From assembly GCA_965226435.1 (NCBI GenBank), contig CBDDCY010000012.1, positions 903,006-967,005 of the forward strand: 64,000 bases of DNA, in the 5' to 3' direction. Each line of letters starts with the position of its first letter. Position 1 is the stretch's first letter. This DNA comes from Bryobacterales bacterium. GTDB taxonomy: Bacteria; Acidobacteriota; Terriglobia; Bryobacterales; UBA6623. Both the position numbers and the translations under genes were made by a program. This document shows, piece by piece, positions 58,659 through 64,000 of the stretch. Below the pieces are notes generated by a model that had not been told where the DNA came from, did not search any database, and saw only the letters and a program-made list of their open reading frames with translations.

Positions 58659-60526
58659 CTTGGCCGCCCCTCATACGGCCCACCGGCGGACTGCACCGGC
58701 GCGGGCATCGGTTCGCCACGCCGGCGGCGCCGCTGTTGCTTATCGAAATAGGCCTTGACCACATCCCGCACAATCGGCGCGGCAAGGTGGCCGTGCTCGC
58801 CGCGCTCTATCAGCGCCGCGACGACGATTTCGGGCGCGCGGCAGGGGGCGAAACCAACAAACCAGGCATTGTCCTTGAAGGCGTCGCTATCGTTCTCCTG
58901 GCGGCTTCGCAGCGAAACGACTTGCGCCGTTCCAGTCTTGCCGCAAACTTCGTACGCCGGCACTCGCGCCCGCACGCCCGTACCCCCGCCGTTCACCACG
59001 CCCCACAGCCCCCGAACGATTTGCCTCACGATCGTCGGGTCCAGCTCCCTGCGCTCGGGCGGCGGCGGTTGGAAGTCCTCTCGCAAGTCCTTCAGCGCGT
59101 CCCAGGAAATCAAATGCGGCTGATGCCATTCCCCGCCGATCACTAATCCGCCGAAGGCGTGAGCGATCTGGAGCGGCGTGACCGTCAACGCGCCCTGTCC
59201 GATCGCGACCGAAATCGTCTCGCCCGCATACCATTTTTCGCGCTGAAAACGCAGCTTCCAACTCGTCGAGGGAACGATGCCTTTCTCCTCGTGGGGCAAG
59301 TCGATCCCCGTCGGCGCCCCCAGCCCGACCATCCGCGAGTGCTCCGCGATCGAATCGATGCCCAATCGATTCCCCAAGGTGTAGAAAAATACGTCGCACG
59401 ATTGGGCCAGAGCATCATAGAGCGTCACCTTGCCGTGGCCGCGGGCTCTGTGGCAGCGAAAATAGCGGCCGTAAAACGTGGCCCCGCCATTACACACAAC
59501 ACTGAACTCGCTGTCGATCACGCCCAGTCTCCGGGCGGCCAGCGCCACGACCGGCTTGAAAATCGATCCGGGAGCCAGTTGCGCCTGAATCGCGCGGTTG
59601 AACATCGGCTTGTCGGGATGACGCATCAGCGCCCGCCATTCTTCCGTGCGGATGCCGCCCACGAAGCGATCCGGGAAATAGTTCGGCGTGCTCACCAGCG
59701 CCAACACTTCCCCGTTGCGGGGATCCAGCGCCACCACGGCCCCGGTCCGATTTTCCATCGCCAGCTCGGCCACCACTTGCAAGTCGAGATCGAGCGTCAA
59801 GCGCACATTGTGCCCGGGAACGGCTTCCACATTCCCGAAGACTCGTCGCTCACGGCCCAGGCTGTCGACCACGACCACGCGGCGGCCGTCCGCCCCGCTT
59901 AACACGTCGTTGTATTGCCGCTCGATGCCCGCTTTGCCGACTTCGGCGCCCGGCTCATAGCTAATAAACTCGATCCGCTCCAGCTCCGCGTCGCTGATTT
60001 CGCCCACATACCCGACCACGTGTGAAGCCAAGCCCTCTTTCGGATACAGACGCCGCTGGAACCGCACCAACTCCAGTTCGGGGAACTCGGCGCGGTGCGC
60101 GTCCACGAACGCCACTTCCGGCGCCGTGAGATTTTCCTTGAGAAGCACCGATTGGTACTGGGGCGCGCGCGAAGCCTCCAAGCGCTCCAGCTTTGCTTCG
60201 ACCCCGTCGACGGAAAGATTAAGCCCGAGGGCAATGAGCGGCAGGTGTTCGGGCTCGATCAGCGCCCGCGACAGTAGGACCTTGAAACTCGCGCTGTTAT
60301 CGACCAGGATGCGGCCGTCACGGTCCAGAATCTTGCCCCGCGGCGCCGGCAAGGGCAACGATTTAATACGGTTTCGCTCGGCCTGTTGGGCGTAGACATC
60401 CGGACTCTGTACTTGGAGTTGCCAAAAGCCCGAAAGCAGCCACAACAGAGCGGCCGTCGTGACAAACTGAAACACCGCCAGCCGCGGGCCGTCCGTCGTT
60501 TGTCGCCGACTGGAATGGAGTTTCAC
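58655..60526 (-). CDS. mrdA: Penicillin-binding protein 2
   Basis: RGKILDR, PGSIFK, SCD and KTGTAQ motifs; mre operon context. Confidence 0.95.
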   Translation of the reverse strand: MKLHSSRRQTTDGPRLAVFQFVTTAALLWLLSGFWQLQVQSPDVYAQQAERNRIKSLPLPAPRGKILDRDGRILVDNSASFKVLLSRALIEPEHLPLIALGLNLSVDGVEAKLERLEASRAPQYQSVLLKENLTAPEVAFVDAHRAEFPELELVRFQRRLYPKEGLASHVVGYVGEISDAELERIEFISYEPGAEVGKAGIERQYNDVLSGADGRRVVVVDSLGRERRVFGNVEAVPGHNVRLTLDLDLQVVAELAMENRTGAVVALDPRNGEVLALVSTPNYFPDRFVGGIRTEEWRALMRHPDKPMFNRAIQAQLAPGSIFKPVVALAARRLGVIDSEFSVVCNGGATFYGRYFRCHRARGHGKVTLYDALAQSCDVFFYTLGNRLGIDSIAEHSRMVGLGAPTGIDLPHEEKGIVPSTSWKLRFQREKWYAGETISVAIGQGALTVTPLQIAHAFGGLVIGGEWHQPHLISWDALKDLREDFQPPPPERRELDPTIVRQIVRGLWGVVNGGGTGVRARVPAYEVCGKTGTAQVVSLRSRQENDSDAFKDNAWFVGFAPCRAPEIVVAALIERGEHGHLAAPIVRDVVKAYFDKQQRRRRRGEPMPAPVQSAGGPYEGRPR

Positions 60527-61044
60527 GGCACTGTCCGAAACTGATCGAGGAACCGAAACAACAAGACGGCGATCCCGGCGTGAATCGTCGCGAAAATCAG
60601 CGTTCCCACCGGGTCGATTGAAATCTCGTTACCCAACAAGACCGCCTCCATAAACCAAAACATCGCTTGGTGAGTGAGAAAAAAAAGAGCCGTCAACACG
60701 CTGCGCGCAGCGGTGAAATCCACTTCGATAAACCGGCTCACCGTGGCCGCCAAGTACCCGATAACCGTCTTGAGAATACCAAAGACCCCGATCGGCCCTT
60801 GCGTCAAACTGTCCTGCGCCAACCCCACCGCGGCGCCGATCAACAACCCCGCCACGACATCTCGCCGCAAAACCGTGAGGTATACCGCCACCAACAACGG
60901 CAGATCGAGATTTCCCAATCGATCGAAATAGAGCGGCAGGTGAACTTGCAGGGCCAGCGCGATGACCGTTACCGCGAGCGCCGTGTGGAGCCGCAGGTTG
61001 CGAACCTCGGCGTCCACGCGCGGTAAGGCGTCGGACACTTTCAC
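60523..61044 (-). CDS. mreD: Rod shape-determining protein MreD
   Basis: Hydrophobic protein with GLAQD...GPIG, lying between mreC and mrdA. Confidence 0.88.
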   Translation of the reverse strand: MKVSDALPRVDAEVRNLRLHTALAVTVIALALQVHLPLYFDRLGNLDLPLLVAVYLTVLRRDVVAGLLIGAAVGLAQDSLTQGPIGVFGILKTVIGYLAATVSRFIEVDFTAARSVLTALFFLTHQAMFWFMEAVLLGNEISIDPVGTLIFATIHAGIAVLLFRFLDQFRTVP

Positions 61045-62270
61045 GGCTCGCTGACCGGCTCTTCGGAAACGGGCTCGGGCAGCCCCTCCCGGCCTGTCTC
61101 GGCGGACGGCTCGGCGGCGGCCGTTCCTGCATCCGAGGAAGCTTCATCAACCGCGGCCTCGTCCGTCTCGGCCTCGTTCATCGGCGGCGCCCACCGAGCG
61201 ATGCTGGGCTCCAGGTTGAAATCCGGCGCGGGCGATCCCGGGCCGCCTTCACCGAAAATGTGACCCTGCGCGGCCGCGATCGCGCGATACCGTTCGCGGA
61301 CCCGATCGGCGTCGGTGAGAAGACCCCTCGAAGCCGCTGAGAGATCCCGCGGTCCGCCGCCCGCGGCAAGTTCTTCGCTCGCCGCGGTTGCCGCATCGGG
61401 TGCCGGCATCAGGAATTGCGGCACCTGCGGCCGGGGGTGTTCCGGGATCGACTCGTGGACGCCCGAAAGCACGATGAGCACCTCGTCCAACCGGTCCAGC
61501 CAGGCCGCCGGCGCCACATGAATTTGCTGGAATTCGCTGCCCGCCTCCACCCGCGTCACCTTCCCAACCGGCAAGCCCTTGGGGTAAACTCGATCGTCAC
61601 CGGATGTGTAAATCAATTCCCCCACGGCCACGTCCACATCGTCGCGAATGTAGTCGACCCGGCACTCCCGCGGCTCTCCGTTCCCTTTCATCACGCCGCG
61701 CGCGCGCGAGCGGCTCAGCAGAACCCCCACGCCGGACTCCACGTCGTGCACCAAACGCACCAGCGACGCCCCGCCGTACGCCGCCCGGACGCGTCCCGCA
61801 ATGCCCTCCGGCGTAATGACCGGCATGCCCGCCAGCACGCCGTCGTCGGTTCCCTTGTCCAGAAAGATTTCCTTCGAGTTCGGGTTCGAACCGTGCCCGA
61901 TCACCTGCGCCATCACGGTTTCCGATTCGATCTGTCGTCGGTACGCCGCCAAGTCATCTTCGCGATCGAAACGGGCCAAGGCTCGCCGGAACTGCTGATT
62001 CTCCAACTTCAGCCGCGAAACCTGCCCGCGGAGTTGCTCGTTTTGGTGTCGCGCGCCCACCAGCCAGATGTAGTCCCGCCAGGTGTTCACCACGCCCGAT
62101 GTCGCCAGGTTGAGGCCCTTTTGGATGGGGCTGATCGCGCCGACCGTCCACACCCGCAACAGCCGTACGTCATCTTGGCGCTTGACCTGATACCCGAGTA
62201 GAACAAACTGGACCAGCAGGACCGCGGCCAAGACCGAAACGTTGCGATAGCGTAGAAAGAACTCAAACAC
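61041..62270 (-). CDS. mreC: Rod shape-determining protein MreC
   Basis: TM, coiled coil, LDKG..DGV and TSG.D..YPKGLPVG motifs. Confidence 0.93.
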   Translation of the reverse strand: MFEFFLRYRNVSVLAAVLLVQFVLLGYQVKRQDDVRLLRVWTVGAISPIQKGLNLATSGVVNTWRDYIWLVGARHQNEQLRGQVSRLKLENQQFRRALARFDREDDLAAYRRQIESETVMAQVIGHGSNPNSKEIFLDKGTDDGVLAGMPVITPEGIAGRVRAAYGGASLVRLVHDVESGVGVLLSRSRARGVMKGNGEPRECRVDYIRDDVDVAVGELIYTSGDDRVYPKGLPVGKVTRVEAGSEFQQIHVAPAAWLDRLDEVLIVLSGVHESIPEHPRPQVPQFLMPAPDAATAASEELAAGGGPRDLSAASRGLLTDADRVRERYRAIAAAQGHIFGEGGPGSPAPDFNLEPSIARWAPPMNEAETDEAAVDEASSDAGTAAAEPSAETGREGLPEPVSEEPVSEP

Positions 62271-62279
62271 AACGAGCTC

Positions 62280-63305
62280 TCATTCCAGTGAAATGCGGCG
62301 CAGCAGCTTGAAGTCGCTGAGGATGCGGCTGGTCCCCATCACCACCGAAGCCAACGGGTCTTCGGCAATCGAAACCGGCAAGCCCGTCTCTTCCCTGATG
62401 CGGAGATCAAGATTGCGAAGCAGCGCCCCGCCGCCGGTCAGCACAATGCCGCGATCGCTGATGTCGGCGCTCAACTCGGGCGGCGTGCGTTCGAGCGCCA
62501 CGCGAACGGCGTTCATGATCGTGCCGACGCAATCGGCGAGAGCCTCGCGAATCTCCGTGTCGTTCACGGTCACCGTACGCGGCACACCCTCGATCAAGTT
62601 ACGTCCCTTGATCTCCATCTCGATCGGGTTGTCGAGTTTAAAGGCCGAGCCGACTTCAATCTTCACCTGCTCGGCCGTGCGTTCGCCGACCAGCAAGTTG
62701 TACTTGCGCTTCAGGTAATTGATGATGGCTTCATCCATCTCGTTACCGGCGACCCGCACCGAGCGCGAATACACGATCCCCGACATCGATATGACCGCCA
62801 CATCCGTCGTCCCGCCGCCGATGTCGACCACCATATTCCCGCACGGCTCGGTAATCGGTAAACCCGCGCCGATCGCCGCTACCATGGCCTGTTCCACGAG
62901 ATGCACTTCGCTGGCATGCGCGCGATAGGCCGAGTCGCGCACCGCCCGCTCCTCGACCGGCGTGATTTCGCTGGGCACTCCGATCACGATGCGCGGGTGC
63001 ACCAGCATCTTGCGGTTGTGGGACTTCTGGATAAAGTAGGTCAGCATCTTTTCGGTGACCTTGAAGTCCGCGATGACGCCGTCCTTCATGGGCCGAATCG
63101 CGACAATATTGCCCGGTGTGCGGCCCACCATTTCCTTGGCCTCGCGTCCCACCGCCTCCACTTCTCCAGTGGTCTTGTTCAGCGCCACGATGGAAGGTTC
63201 GTTGACGACAATGCCCTTGCCTCGAATCGACACCAGCGTGTTGGCCGTCCCGAGATCGATCGCAAGATCGCGCGAAAACAAACTAAACAGAGACCGGACG
63301 TTCAT
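62280..63305 (-). CDS. mreB: Rod shape-determining protein MreB
   Basis: [25 protein letters not shown] and LTGGGALL motifs. Confidence 0.97.
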   Translation of the reverse strand: MNVRSLFSLFSRDLAIDLGTANTLVSIRGKGIVVNEPSIVALNKTTGEVEAVGREAKEMVGRTPGNIVAIRPMKDGVIADFKVTEKMLTYFIQKSHNRKMLVHPRIVIGVPSEITPVEERAVRDSAYRAHASEVHLVEQAMVAAIGAGLPITEPCGNMVVDIGGGTTDVAVISMSGIVYSRSVRVAGNEMDEAIINYLKRKYNLLVGERTAEQVKIEVGSAFKLDNPIEMEIKGRNLIEGVPRTVTVNDTEIREALADCVGTIMNAVRVALERTPPELSADISDRGIVLTGGGALLRNLDLRIREETGLPVSIAEDPLASVVMGTSRILSDFKLLRRISLE

Positions 63306-63502
63306 TGCCAAAATCAATCACCTCGCCTCGCGGAGGCCGCGCCACGCCGCAGGTCGAATCGCCGGCCCGCGGATGCTGTCGGATGTCGCGCGAAGGGAGC
63401 CGCCGCGATCAAGCCGCTTCTTTCACGGTAACAGCAGAAACCTTTTATCTGCAAGCGGTTAGAGACCTAACCGAAAGAAAAAGGACATCGCATGCCGCCA
63501 TC

Positions 63503-64000
63503 CTAGTCGGCGACCAGGAAGCTTGCTCGCTGATGGAGCGGCGGGCGTAGGTATTTGTAGGGATTGAGCGGCGTGCCGAGGTAGCGAACTTCGTAGTGGA
63601 GATGGGGTGAAGTGGTTCTTCCGGTCCGTCCGACGCGCCCGATCACTTCACCGCGCCGCACGACTTGCCCCCGACGCACGAAGAACTCACTCATGTGAGC
63701 GTAGCGAGTCGTTAGTCCGGTGCCGCCATGAGAGAGTATGACGCGCTTACCGTATTTCGCGAACGAACCGCTGTGCGTCACGATGCCGTCCGCCGCCGCC
63801 ACGATCGGCGTCCCGTGGCGCGCCGTCAGATCGACGCCCGCGTGAAAACTTCCGGTCCCTGAAAACGGATCTTTTCGCTTACCGAAAGAACTGCTCAAGC
63901 GCCCTTGCACCGGCCAAATCGACGGCGTCGTGTTCTCGAGCCACTCCCACACCGAACCGCTGCCGCCGGTCGAGACCTGTACTTGTCGTAGGAAGTCGTA
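63503..64000 (-). CDS. M23 family metallopeptidase (5' end outside window)
   Basis: HAGVD, YAH and SPHLHYEV motifs. Confidence 0.9.
   Translation of the reverse strand, partial: YDFLRQVQVSTGGSGSVWEWLENTTPSIWPVQGRLSSSFGKRKDPFSGTGSFHAGVDLTARHGTPIVAAADGIVTHSGSFAKYGKRVILSHGGTGLTTRYAHMSEFFVRRGQVVRRGEVIGRVGRTGRTTSPHLHYEVRYLGTPLNPYKYLRPPLHQRASFLVAD

Noticed and set aside
1-64000. Numerous long antisense and alternative-frame ORFs in the track
   Set aside because: Shadow ORFs expected at high GC; they overlap well-supported genes and lack motifs.

Overview
GC-rich bacterial chromosome segment, most likely Acidobacteriota (Bryobacterales-like), inferred from lineage-typical families such as the Ser/Thr kinase-PD40 protein, DUF1501, DUF6152, the M1 peptidase and small hypotheticals. 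Core loci are ccsA-hemA-hemC, aspS, thiG, speA and M23-mreB-mreC-mreD-mrdA-rodA-rne/rng. These are mixed with accessory enzymes, a TPM-nucleotidyltransferase-LemA operon, a MerR-CopA copper module, a complete IS630 splitting a secreted-protein gene, a 5'-truncated IS1202/ISNCY element, REP-like palindromes, two local tandem duplications and a frameshifted LacI gene. The most notable signals are: (1) a selenocysteine peroxiredoxin with an in-frame UGA at the peroxidatic position and a SECIS-like hairpin, which the ORF track splits in two; (2) a ~230-nt multibranch RNA-like structure right after rne; (3) an adjacent uncharacterised RHH/small-protein toxin-antitoxin-like pair; (4) a secreted DUF6152 His-brace-like protein with its conserved partner; (5) a structured non-coding element in the IS1202 right end; (6) an unannotated 55-aa Cys/His protein. 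All family assignments come from motif recognition by eye, not from database searches.
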